Part shown: in pieces, positions 22,601-36,000 of the stretch
Layout of the letters: the number at the start of each line of letters is the position of its first letter
Numbering within the stretch: position 1 is the stretch's first letter
Assembly: GCA_964187785.1 (NCBI GenBank)
Contig: OZ076409.1
Coordinates: 41,666,001-41,730,000, forward strand
DNA from: Amphiscolops sp. MND2022
Lineage: Eukaryota
Reading direction: 5' to 3'
DNA: 64,000 nt
Notes under the pieces: model-generated
Seen by the model: the letters and a program-made list of their open reading frames with translations, nothing else
What the model was told of the DNA's origin: nothing
Database searches by the model: none
Translations under genes and position numbers: made by a program

Positions 22601-25478
22601 CTCGCAAAACTACTTTTTCATGAGCCTAAATTTTCAGCTATGAAAGCGGGAAGGTACCCTTTGACCAAATGACAGTTTGGGAAAAAACAGATGAAAATGT
22701 TTAAAGTATGATAAAGTATTGGGAATAAAACAGCTCTACGGTTAAGTTGGAAAAATAAGGTCTCACAATACCGTAAAAATCCAAAGTGGAGACTCTTTGA
22801 CTTCAAATGATTCTGTTGTATCAACCCTAAATATCCTAACAATCAAAAGGGGTTTTTAAATATTTTTTCTGCGATAGCAGGAATATTATTGAAATCTCAA
22901 GAATTCAACTTTTTTCAGTACAATTTTTGTCGTGATATCGAGTACCTACTGAAAAATTCAGATAATTTGTTTGGCAGTGAGTGGTAAGCGTGAGAATTGA
23001 ATTTCTCGTTTTTCGTGCGATGAAACTAGCTAGTGGTTGAGAGTTATTGAGATGAAGCGAACGAGTATTCGTAATTATGCTTTCGTACGCCGTGTAATTG
23101 AGATAAAGCGAACGAGTGTTATTGGGTTGCGTTATTGTCAAAAGGGACTTCTTTATTTGCACGACACACTCGAAAAACTTTAATTCTCCTATTCCGCGTG
23201 ATGGGTTTTTCCGCAATTTTGCTTTCTGTTGTTGCCTTTTCCTCTTATTATCTCCCTGTTAGTAGAATTAGCTACGCTGTTGAATTTGTAGTCAATTGGT
23301 CAAGACATGGTCGGCTTTAAGCTCTCATCTTGAAATGACTTGCTTTGCCAAAAGCAGTTTCCCATAATCATACCAATAAACTCCATTAGAGAACTAGCTC
23401 AGAACACAATATTGAGTTATTCCGCAGCAACAGTGGCCGAATTCTCTTATCATTAGACAATGATCACCAAAAACTTTGACATTTTATCACTTCATATCCG
23501 GAGAAACGTGAGAAAATGTTCGGAATATCAATAGGAATAGTCAACAAGACGGACACGTCTAAAGTCGGCGCTCAAGAAAGCAAAGCTTTTAAAACATGCC
23601 AGAGGACGTTTCCATGACAAATTTAGAAAATAGTTTCGAAACACCGGTTTATAATCTCGGATATAGCGTGCTGAGGCAAGTGCGAGCGCCTTTTTTGATC
23701 CTACGCCTCCTCATCAGTAAAACGCAAATTCTTCTGATATAACGTCAAAAGTCGGACATAGCGTGCTGGGACAAATGGGAGTGTTTGTTTTCGAACTCGG
23801 GCATCCTCCGTAGTAAAACGCAAATTACTTACAATAAAAACTTCCGATGATCCTTTGGAAGAAATTTTCGATAGTGCCGAAAGTTCTAGAAGGGCCCTTC
23901 TAGACCTTTGTGGGATTTTATCTAAGACCTTTTGGGATTTTTACCATTTGGTGACACTGAAAAGTTCTCTGAAAAAAATCTCACAAAGCTGATAAATCGG
24001 GGAGTCTCATACTGCCGAAAAAAGTGGAAAGGGGCTATTAAACAAACGGAAAAGTCACAGTGCCGAAAAAGGAACTTTCAGCTCGCAAAACTACTTTTTC
24101 GTGAGCCTAAATTTTCAGCTATGAAAGCGGGAAGGTACCCTTTGACCAAATGACAGTTTGGGAAAAAACAGATGAAAATGTTTAAAGTATGATAAAGTAT
24201 TGGGAATAAAACAGCTCTACGGTTAAGTTGGAAAAATAAGGTCTCACAATACCGTAAAAATCCAAAGTGGAGACTCTTTGACTTCAAATGATTCTGTTGT
24301 ATCAACCCTAAATATCCTAACAATCAAAAGGGGTTTTTAAATATTTTTTCTGCGATAGCAGGAATATTATTGAAATCTCAAGAATTCAACTTTTTTCAGT
24401 ACAATTTTTGTCGTGATATCGAGTACCTACTGAAAAATTCAGATAATTTGTTTGGCAGTGAGTGGTAAGCGTGAGAATTGAATTTCTCGTTTTTCGTGCG
24501 ATGAAACTAGCTAGTGGTTGAGAGTTATTGAGATGAAGCGAACGAGTATTCGTAATTATGCTTTCGTACGCCGTGTAATTGAGATAAAGCGAACGAGTGT
24601 TATTGGGTTGCGTTATTGTCAAAAGGGACTTCTTTATTTGCACGACACACTCGAAAAACTTTAATTCTCCTATTCCGCGTGATGGGTTTTTCCGCAATTT
24701 TGCTTTCTGTTGTTGCCTTTTCCTCTTATTATCTCCCTGTTAGTAGAATTAGCTACGCTGTTGAATTTGTAGTCAATTGGTCAAGACATGGTCGGCTTTA
24801 AGCTCTCATCTTGAAATGACTTGCTTCGCCAAAAGCAGTTTCCCATAATCATACCAATAAAATCCATTAGAGAACTAGCTCAGAACACAATATTGAGTTA
24901 TTCCGCAGCAACAGTGGCCGAATTCTCTTATCATTAGACAATGATCACCAAAAACTTTGACATTTTATCATTTCATATCCGGAGAAACGTGAGAGAATGT
25001 TCGGAATATCAATAGGAATAGTCAACAAGACGGGCAGGTCTAAAGTCGGCGCTGAAGAAAGCAAAGCTTTTAAAACATGCCAGAGGACGTTTCCATGACA
25101 AATTCAGAAAATAGTTTCGAAACACCGGTTTTTAATCTCGGATATAGCGTGCTGAGGCAAGTGCGAGCGCCTTTTTTGTTCCTACGCCTCCTCATCAGTA
25201 AAACGCAAATTCTTCTGATATAACGTCAAAAGCCGGATATAGCGTGCTGGGACAAATGGGAGTGTTTGTTTTCGAACTCGGGCATCCTCCGTAGTAAAAC
25301 GCAAATTACTTACAATAAAATCTTCCGAGGATCCTTTGGAAGAATTTTTCGATAGTGCCTTTTTCTAGACCTTTTGGAATTTTTACCGTTTGGTGACACT
25401 GAAAAGTTCTCTGAAAAAAATCTCACAAAGCCGATAAATCGGGGAGTCTCATACTGCCGAAAAAAGTGGAAAGGGGCT
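19614..25478. repeat. Four tandem ~1.47-kb units
   Basis: Units start TTAAACAAACGG at 19614, 21083, 22557 and 24038 (periods 1469, 1474, 1481). Each holds one Helentron-type 3' end (ACAAGACGG...GTCTAAAGTCGGCGC at ~20589, 22063, 23544, 25025). Confidence 0.95.
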
Positions 25479-27075
25479 CTTCTGCTTTGAAATGGTTTTG
25501 TATTTCGTGTTAGAGGCTTTGTATGCGTTCAAAATCAGGTACTAAATAATTAGTACCTGTGGTAGAAGTGCACAAAAAGTCGACCATGCAGAGTGAGGCT
25601 GACAAAAAATGGTCGGTCTCTTCCTTAGAAGAACAAAACAGGAACGTCTAAAGTCAGCGCTATATCTAAGGCTCAAAAAGTTTTCAAGAATGAAATAAAA
25701 TGCCCAGGACGTATTCAGGAAAAGCTTTGGAAACAGTTTCGAGACACCCAAAGTGTGCCTTTCATTCTCGATTTGGCTGGGAAATCACTTTTTCCCCGAC
25801 TGGGAACAAAAAATTTTTTTGAAAAGACTTCGTACTTTTTTCTTTCGAAAAATATCGCATAGTGCCGAAAAATGAAAAGGGGGGACCCTTTGGGATTTAT
25901 TAACATACATTATGTTGCAAAATATCAAGAAACTCGAAGGGGGACTAGTTTGAGACATTAAAAACTTTTCGATAAATTTCGCACAGTGCCGAAAAAAAAA
26001 TGAGAGGGGGGCCCTTTGGTCTCGTCCGGTTTTGTAGGTTACGTAAAAAATGAAAGGGAGGACCCTTTGCACTAAGTTTGCATTGGCCGGACTTGGCCTG
26101 AGTAGCTTTAGTAGTTTCTGTAAAAATGGGTACATAGACGGTGAGGTCTGTGGTCTGACGAAAAAAATCTAGCCACTGTAATAGGGCTCTTTTCACTAGA
26201 AAAGCGCCGACTAAAAATATATTTTGGTGTAATTGGATTTTTTCAGAATATAACAATTTTTGGTACCAGGTTATGCTATGCAGCTAACAATTTCATTTCT
26301 CAACTGTCGGGGTATTCACAAAATTATCACAAAAAGCAGAGATAATACAAATATTGCACAAATGTAAGAAAAGTGGTTTTCATATTTTATTAGATAATTA
26401 GAGAACATAAGTTTATTGAGAAATAATTAGAAATTCTAGATAAAACAGTCACAAGATTTTGGTGTAAGTATCAGTGTCATGTATAATTACTTCCTTATCA
26501 CACTCTAATCCAAAAGGGCTGCAGAGAAAATTATCTTAGTGTAGCGCATAAAATGAACTTTGAAATTTCTAATTGTAGTAAATTATAAATTGTTCTTGAA
26601 GGATAATTTTGGTTTTTGTAACCTTATGACAAACCTGATATGAGTTGTCACTTTTCTAATTGATATGAGTTATTGCTTGATATAAGTTGTCGTTTTTTAA
26701 ATTTGATATGAGTTGTCGTCTGATATGAGTTATTGGCTATTGTGGGGTCATTTAGAGTCACTATCTAATTTTAAAGAAAAACTTTCTGATTTGGCTATTG
26801 TGGGGTCATTTAGAATCACTATCTACTTTTAAAGGAAAAACTCTTGAGTTTTTTTTTTCAAAAAGCGTCTTGGAACGTTTTGGATATTGTTTGGATATAT
26901 TCAGGAAAATAGTTGAAAAATACAAAAGTTGTGGAAAATTGCTGAAAATTAAAAATATATGGAATTTATTTTGGGTCGTTTTTAGTAGGTGGTCTTTTTT
27001 AGTAAACAAGACGAGAACATCTAAAGTCGGCGCTATATCTAGGGCTCAAAAAGCGCAAAACATTTTTTGAAAAAC
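25281..27075 (+). repeat. Left arm of a long inverted repeat flanking the satellite
   Basis: Reverse complement of 60857-62446, including the non-satellite core 26218-27000. Confidence 0.9.
25632..26217 (-). mobile_element. HINE-like element copy within the left arm
   Basis: 5' end ...AAAGCGCCGACTAAAAA at 26201-26217; decayed 3' end AACAAAACAGGAACGTCTAAAGTCAGCGCT at 25632. Confidence 0.7.
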
Positions 27076-30000
27076 TTTTCTTCCGGAAAATGTCGCATAG
27101 TGCCGAAAAATGTAAAAGGGGGCACTCCTTTGGATTCATTAACATACATTGTGTTGCAAAATATCAAAAACTCGAAGGGGGAACCTTTGGGGACATTAAA
27201 AAATTTTCGAAAAAAGTCGCACAGTGCCGAAAAATGTAAAAAGGGGCACTCTTTTGGATTTATTAACATACATTGTGTTGCAAAATCGAAGGGGGAACCT
27301 TTAGGGACATGAATAAAAATTTCGAAGAAAATTCGCACAGTGCCGAAAAAATCGAAATGGGCCCTTTAGTCTCGTCCGGTTTTCTAGGTTACGTTAAAGT
27401 TAAACACTGAAAGGGGGCCCTTTGCACTGAGTTTGCCTTGTCCAGACCTGGCCTTAGTGGTTTCAGGAGTTTCTCTAAAAAGTGGACCGATCAGAGTGAT
27501 GTCTATGGTCTGAAGAAACAAGACGGGAACGTCTAAAGTCGGCGCTATCTATAAGGTCCAAAAAGCGCTAAGTTTTTAAAAACTGAAAAGAAAATTTTTG
27601 AGGACAAAAAACTATCATTCAGAAAAATCTGACAATGCCGAAAATTGGAAAGGGGGACCCTTTGGGTTTTTTCAATAACCATTCAGTTGCAAAAAAAATA
27701 TAAAAAAAGAAGGGGGCCCTTTGGAGACATTAGTAAATTTTGGGAAACACGTCTCATAGTGCCGCAAAAAATCGAAAGGGGGACCATTTAGTCTCGTCCG
27801 GTTTTGTAGATTACGTTAAAAAAGTAAAAAATGAAAGGGGGACCCTTTGGGGACATTAAAAAATATTCGAAAAAAAGTCGCACAGTGCCGAAAAGTGTAA
27901 AAAGGGGCACTTTTTTGGATTTATTAACATACATTGTGTTGCAAAATATCAAAAACTCGAAGGGGGAACCTTTAGGGACATGAATAAAAATTTCGAAGAA
28001 AATTCGCACAGTGCCGAAAAAATCGAAATGGGCCTTTTAGTCTCGTCCGGTTTTCTAGGTTACGTTAAAGTAAACACTGGAAGGGGGGCCCTTTGCACTG
28101 AGTTTGCGTTGTCTAGACCTGGCCTTAGTGGTTTCAGGAGTTTCTCTAAAAAGTGGACCGATCAGAGTGATGTCTATGGTCTGAAGAAACAAGACGGGAA
28201 CGTCTAAAGTCGGCGCTATCTATAAGGTCCAAAAAGCGCTAAGTTTTTAAAAACTGAAAAGAAAATTTTTGAGGACAAAAAACTATCATTCAGAAAAATC
28301 TGACAATGCCGAAAATTGGAAAGGGGGACCGTTTGGGTTTTTTCAATAACCCTTCAGTTGCAAAAAAAAATATAAAAAAGAAGGGGGCCCTTTGGAGACA
28401 TTAGTAAATTTTGGGAAACACGTCTCATAGTGCCGCAAAAAATCGAAAGGGGGACCATTTAGTCTCGTCCGGTTTTGTAGATTACGTTAAAAAAGTAAAA
28501 AATGAAAGGGGGACCCTTTGGGGACATTAAAAAATATTCGAAAAAAAGTCGCACAGTGCCGAAAAGTGTAAAAAGGGGCACTTTTTTGGATTTATTAACA
28601 TACATTGTGTTGCAAAATATCAAAAACTCGAAGGGGGAACCTTTAGGGACATGAATAAAAATTTCGAAGAAAATTCGCACAGTGCCGAAAAAATCGAAAT
28701 GGGCCTTTTAGTCTCGTCCGGTTTTCTAGGTTACGTTAAAGTAAACACTGGAAGGGGGGCCCTTTGCACTGAGTTTGCGTTGTCTAGACCTGGCCTTAGT
28801 GGTTTCAGGAGTTTCTCTAAAAAGTGGACCGATCAGAGTGATGTCTATGGTCTGAAGAAACAAGACGGGAACGTCTAAAGTCGGCGTTATCTATAAGGTC
28901 CAAAAAGCGCTAAGTTTTTAAAAACTGAAAAGAAAATTTTTGAGGACAAAAAACTATCATTCAAAAAAATCTGACAATGCCGAAAATTGGAAAGGGGGAC
29001 CCTTTGGATTTTTTAAATAACCCTTCAGTTGCAAAAAAAATATAAAAAAAGAAGGGGGCCCTTTGGAGACATTAGTAAATTTTGGGAAACACGTCTCATA
29101 GTGCCGCAAAAAATCGAAAGGGGGACCATTTAGTCTCGTCCGGTTTTGTAGATTACGTTAAAAAAGTAAAAAATGAAAGGGGGACCCTTTGGGGACATTT
29201 AAAAATTTTCGAAAAAAAGTCGCACAGTGCCGAAAAATGTAAAAAGGGGCACTCTTTCGGATTTATTAACATACATTGTGTTTCAAAATATCAAAAACTC
29301 GAAGGGGGAACCTTTAGGGACATGAATAAAAATTTCGAAGAAAATTCGCACAGTGCCGAAAAAATTGAAAGGGGCCCTTTAGTCTCGTCCGGTTTTCTAG
29401 GTTACGTTATAGTAAACACTGAAAGGGGGCCCTTTGCACTGAGTTTGCCTTGTCCAGACCTGGCCTTAGTGGTTTCAGGAGTTTCTCTAAAAAGTGGACC
29501 GATCAGAGTGATGTCTATGGTCGGAAGAAACAAGACGGGAACGTCTAAAGTCGGCGCTATCTATAAGGTCCAAAAAGCGCTAAGTTTTTAAAAACTGAAA
29601 AGAAAATTTTTGAGGACAAAAAACTATCATTCAGAAAAATCTGACAATGCCGAAAATTGGAAAGGGGGACCCTTTGGGTTTTTTCAATAACCCTTCAGTT
29701 GCAAAAAAAATATAAAAAAAAGAAGGGGGCCCTTTGGAGACATTAGTAAATTTTGGGAAACACGTCTCATAGTGCCGCAAGAAATCGAAAGGGGGACCAT
29801 TTAGTCTCGTCCGGTTTTGTAGATTACGTTAAAAAAGTAAAAAATGAAAGGGGGACCCTTTGGGGACATTAAAAAAATTTTTGAAAAAAAGTCGCACAGT
29901 GCCGAAAAATGTAAAAAGGGGCACTCTTTCGGATTTATTAACATACATTGTGTTTCAAAATATCAAAAACTCGAAGGGGGAACCTTTAGGGACATGAATA

Positions 30001-33000
30001 AAAATTTCGAAGAAAATTCGCACAGTGCCGAAACAATTGAAAGGGGCCCTTTAGTCTCGTCCGGTTTTCTAGGTTACGTTATAGTAAACACTGAAAGGGG
30101 GGCCCTTTGCACTGAGTTTGCCTTGTCCAGACCTGGCCTTAGTGGTTTCAGGAGTTTCTCTAAAAAGTGGACCGATCAGAGTGATGTCTATGGTCTGAAG
30201 AAACAAGACGGGAACGTCTAAAGTCGGCGCTATCTATAAGGTCCAAAAAGCGCTAAGTTTTTAAAAACTGGAACGAAAATTTTTGAGGACAAAAAACTAT
30301 CATTCAGAAAAATCTGACAATGCCGAAATATGGAAAGGGGGACCCTTTGGGTTTTTTCAATAACCCTTCAGTTGCAAAAAAAATATAAAAAAAGAAGGGG
30401 GCCCTTTGGAGACATTAGTAAATTTTGGGAAACACGTCTCATAGTGCCGCAAAAAATCGAAAGGGGGACCATTTAGTCTCGTCCGGTTTTGTAGATTACG
30501 TTTAAAAAGTAAAAAATGAAAGGGGGACCCTTTGGGGACATTAAAAAATTTTCGAAAAAAAGTCGCACAGTGCCGAAAAATGTAAAAAGGGGCACTCTTT
30601 CGGATTTATTAACATACATTGTTTCAAAATATCAAAAACTCGAAGGGGGAACCTTTAGGGACATGAATAAAAATTTCGAAGAAAAGTCGCACAGTGCCGA
30701 AAAAATCGAAAGGGGCCCTTTAGTCTCGTCCGGTTTTCCAGGTTACGTTAAAGTAAACACTGAAAGGGGGGCCCTTTGCACTGAGTTTGCCTTGTCCAGA
30801 CCTGGCCTCAGTGGTTTCAGGAGTTTCTCTAAAAAGTGGACCGATCAGAGTGAGGTCTGTGGTCTGAAGAAACAAGACGGGAACGTCTAAAGTCGGCGCT
30901 ATCTATAAGGTCCAAAAAGCGCTAAGTTTTTAAAAACTGAAAAGAAAATTTTTGAGGACAAAAAACTATCATTCAGAAAAATCTGACAATGCCGAAAATT
31001 GGAAAGGGGGACCCTTTGGGTTTTTTCAATAACCATTCAGTTGCAAAAAAAATATAAAAAAAGAAGGGGGCCCTTTGGAGACATTAGTAAATTTTGGGAA
31101 ACACGTCTCATAGTGCCGCAAAAAATCGAAAGGGGGACCATTTAGTCTCGTCCGGTTTTGTAGATTACGTTAAAAAAGTAAAAAATGAAAGGGGGACCCT
31201 TTGGGGACATTAAAAAATATTCGAAAAAAAGTCGCACAGTGCCGAAAAGTGTAAAAAGGGGCACTTTTTTGGATTTATTAACATACATTGTGTTGCAAAA
31301 TATCAAAAACTCGAAGGGGGAACCTTTAGGGACATGAATAAAAATTTCGAAGAAAATTCGCACAGTGCCGAAAAAATCGAAATGGGCCTTTTAGTCTCGT
31401 CCGGTTTTCTAGGTTACGTTAAAGTAAACACTGGAAGGGGGGCCCTTTGCACTGAGTTTGCGTTGTCTAGACCTGGCCTTAGTGGTTTCAGGAGTTTCTC
31501 TAAAAAGTGGACCGATCAGAGTGATGTCTATGGTCTGAAGAAACAAGACGGGAACGTCTAAAGTCGGCGCTATCTATAAGGTCCAAAAAGCGCTAAGTTT
31601 TTAAAAACTGAAAAGAAAATTTTTGAGGACAAAAAACTATCATTCAGAAAAATCTGACAATGCCGAAAATTGGAAAGGGGGACCCTTTGGGTTTTTTCAA
31701 TAACCCTTCAGTTGCAAAAAAATATATAAAAAAGAAGAGGGCCCTTTGGAGACATTAGTAAATTTTGGGAAACACGTCTCATAGTGCCGCAAAAAATCGA
31801 AAGGGGGACCATTTAGTCTCGTCCGGTTTTGTAGATTACGTTAAAAAAGTAAAAAATGAAAGGGGGACCCTTTGGGGACATTAAAAAATTTTCGAAAAAA
31901 AGTCGCACAGTGCCGAAAAATGTAAAAAGGGGCACTCTTTCGGATTTATTAACATACATTGTGTTTCAAAATATCAAAAACTCGAAGGGGGAAGCTTTAG
32001 GGACATGAATAAAAATTTCGAAGAAAATTCGCACAGTGCCGAAAAAATTGAAAGGGGCCCTTTAGTCTCGTCCGGTTTTCTAGGTTACGTTATAGTAAAC
32101 ACTGAAAGGGGGCCCTTTGCACTGAGTTTGCCTTGTCCAGACCTGGCCTCAGTGGTTTCAGGAGTTTCTCTAAAAAGTGGACCGATCAGAGTGAGGTCTG
32201 TGGTCTGAAGAAACAAGACGGAAACGTCTAAAGTCGGGGCTATCTATAAGGTCCAAAACGCTAAGTTTTTAAAAACTGAAAGAAAAATTTTTGAGGACAA
32301 AAAACTATCATTCAGAAAAATCTGACAATGCCGAAAATTGGAAAGGGGGACCCTTTGGGTTTTTTCAATAACCATTCAGTTGCAAAAAAAAATATAAAAA
32401 AAGAAGGGGGCCCTTTGGAGACATTAGTAAATTTTGGGAAACACGTCTCATAGTGCCGCAAAAAATCGAAAGGGGGACCATTTAGTCTCGTCCGGTTTTG
32501 TAGATTACGTTAAAAAAGTGAAAAATGAAAGGGGGACCCTTTGGGGACATTAAAAAATATTCGAAAAAAAGTCGCACAGTGCCGAAAAGTGTAAAAAGGG
32601 GCACTTTTTTGGATTTATTAACATACATTGTGTTGCAAAATATCAAAAACTCGAAGGGGGAACCTTTAGGGACATGAATAAAAATTTCGAAGAAAATTCG
32701 CACAGTGCCGAAAAAATCGAAATGGGCCTTTTAGTCTCGTCCGGTTTTCTAGGTTACGTTAAAGTAAACACTGGAAGGGGGGCCCTTTGCACTGAGTTTG
32801 CGTTGTCTAGACCTGGCCTTAGTGGTTTCAGGAGTTTCTCTAAAAAGTGGACCGATCAGAGTGATGTCTATGGTCTGAAGAAACAAGACGGGAACGTCTA
32901 AAGTCGGCGCTATCTATAAGGTCCAAAAAGCGCTAAGTTTTTAAAAACTGAAAAGAAAATTTTTGAGGACAAAAAACTATCATTCAGAAAAATCTGACAA

Positions 33001-36000
33001 TGCCGAAAATTGGAAAGGGGGACCCTTTGGGTTTTTTCAATAACCCTTCAGTTGCAAAAAAAAATATAAAAAAAGAAGGGGGCCCTTTGGAGACATTAGT
33101 AAATTTTGGGAAACACGTCTCATAGTGCCGCAAAAAATCGAAAGGGGGACCATTTAGTCTCGTCCGGTTTTGTAGATTACGTTAAAAAAGTAAAAAATGA
33201 AAGGGGGACCCTTTGGGGACATTAAAAAATTTTCGAAAAAAAGTCGCACAGTGCCGAAAAATGTAAAAAGGGGCACTCTTTCGGATTTATTAACATACAT
33301 TGTGTTTCAAAATATCAAAAACTCGAAGGGGGAACCTTTAGGGACATGAATAAAAATTTCGAAGAAAATTCGCACAGTGCCGAAAAAATTGAAAGGGGCC
33401 CTTTAGTCTCGTCCGGTTTTCTAGGTTACGTTATAGTAAACACTGAAAGGGGGCCCTTTGCACTGAGTTTGCCTTGTCCAGACCTGGCCTTAGTGGTTTC
33501 AGGAGTTTCTCTAAAAAGTGGACCGATCAGAGTGATGTCTATGGTCGGAAGAAACAAGACGGGAACGTCTAAAGTCGGCGCTATCTATAAGGTCCAAAAA
33601 GCGCTAAGTTTTTAAAAACTGAAAAGAAAATTTTTGAGGACAAAAAACTATCATTCAGAAAAATCTGACAATGCCGAAAATTGGAAAGGGGGACCCTTTG
33701 GGTTTTTTCAATAACCCTTCAGTTGCAAAAAAAATATAAAAAAAAGAAGGGGGCCCTTTGGAGACATTAGTAAATTTTGGGAAACACGTCTCATAGTGCC
33801 GCAAGAAATCGAAAGGGGGACCATTTAGTCTCGTCCGGTTTTGTAGATTACGTTAAAAAAGTAAAAAATGAAAGGGGGACCCTTTGGGGACATTAAAAAA
33901 ATTTTTGAAAAAAAGTCGCACAGTGCCGAAAAATGTAAAAAGGGGCACTCTTTCGGATTTATTAACATACATTGTGTTTCAAAATATCAAAAACTCGAAG
34001 GGGGAACCTTTAGGGACATGAATAAAAATTTCGAAGAAAATTCGCACAGTGCCGAAACAATTGAAAGGGGCCCTTTAGTCTCGTCCGGTTTTCTAGGTTA
34101 CGTTATAGTAAACACTGAAAGGGGGGCCCTTTGCACTGAGTTTGCCTTGTCCAGACCTGGCCTTAGTGGTTTCAGGAGTTTCTCTAAAAAGTGGACCGAT
34201 CAGAGTGATGTCTATGGTCTGAAGAAACAAGACGGGAACGTCTAAAGTCGGCGCTATCAATAAGGTCCAAAAAGCGCTAAGTTTTTAAAAACTGGAACGA
34301 AAATTTTTGAGGACAAAAAACTATCATTCAGAAAAATCTGACAATGCCGAAATATGGAAAGGGGGACCCTTTGGGTTTTTTCAATAACCCTTCAGTTGCA
34401 AAAAAAATATAAAAAAAGAAGGGGGCCCTTTGGAGACATTAGTAAATTTTGGGAAACACGTCTCATAGTGCCGCAAAAAATCGAAAGGGGGACCATTTAG
34501 TCTCGTCCGGTTTTGTAGATTACGTTTAAAAAGTAAAAAATGAAAGGGGGACCCTTTGGGGACATTAAAAAATTTTCGAAAAAAAGTCGCACAGTGCCGA
34601 AAAATGTAAAAAGGGGCACTCTTTCGGATTTATTAACATACATTGTTTCAAAATATCAAAAACTCGAAGGGGGAACCTTTAGGGACATGAATAAAAATTT
34701 CGAAGAAAAGTCGCACAGTGCCGAAAAAATCGAAAGGGGCCCTTTAGTCTCGTCCGGTTTTCCAGGTTACGTTAAAGTAAACACTGAAAGGGGGGCCCTT
34801 TGCACTGAGTTTGCCTTGTCCAGACCTGGCCTCAGTGGTTTCAGGAGTTTCTCTAAAAAGTGGACCGATCAGAGTGAGGTCTGTGGTCTGAAGAAACAAG
34901 ACGGAAACGTCTAAAGTCGGCGCTATCTATAAGGTCCAAAACGCTAAGTTTTTAAAAACTGAAAGGAAAATTTTTGAGGACAAAAAACTATCATTCAGAA
35001 AAATCTGACAATGCCGAAAATTGGAAAGGGGGACCCTTTGGGTTTTTTAAATAACTATTCAGTTGCAAAAAATTTTTTTAAAAAAGGGGGGCCCTTTGGA
35101 GACTTTAGTAAATTTTGGGGAAAACGTCTCATATTGCTGAAAAAAATCGAAAGGGGGACCCTTTGGGGACATTAAAAAATATTCGAAAAAAAGTCGCACA
35201 GTGCCGAAAAATGTAAAAAGGGCACTCTTTTGGATTTATTAACATACATTGTTTCAAAATATCAAAAACTCGAAGGGGGAACCTTTAGGGACATGAATAA
35301 TAATTTCGAAGAAAAGTCGCACAGTGCCGAAAAAATCGAAAGGGGCCCTTTAGTCTCGTCCGGTTTTCCAGGTTACGTTAAAGTAAACACTGAAAGGGGG
35401 GCCCTTTGCACTGAGTTTGCCTTGTCCAGACCTGGCCTCAGTGGTTTCAGGAGTTTCTCTAAAAAGTGGACCGATCAGAGTGAGGTCTGTGGTCTGAAGA
35501 AACAAGACGGAAACGTCTAAAGTCGGCGCTATCTATAAGGTCCAAAACGCTAAGTTTTTAAAAACTGAAAGGAAAATTTTTGAGGACAAAAAACTATCAT
35601 TCAGAAAAATCTGACAATGCCGAAAATTGGAAAGGGGGACCCTTTGGGTTTTTTAAATAACTATTCAGTTGCAAAAATTTTTTTAAAAAAAGGGGGGCCC
35701 TTTGGAGACTTTAGTAAATTTTGGGGAAAACGTCTCATAGTGCTGAAAAAAATCGAAAGGGGGACCCTTTGGGGACATTAAAAAATATTCGAAAAAAAGT
35801 CGCACAGTGCCGAAAAATGTAAAAAGGGCACTCTTTTGGATTTATTAACATACATTGTGTTGCAAAATATCAAAAACTCGAAGGGGGAACCTTTAGGGAC
35901 ATGAATAAAAATTTCGAAGAAAATTCGCACAGTGCCGAAAAAATTGAAAGGGGCCCTTTAGTCTCGTCCGGTTTTCTAGGTTACGTTATAGTAAACACTG

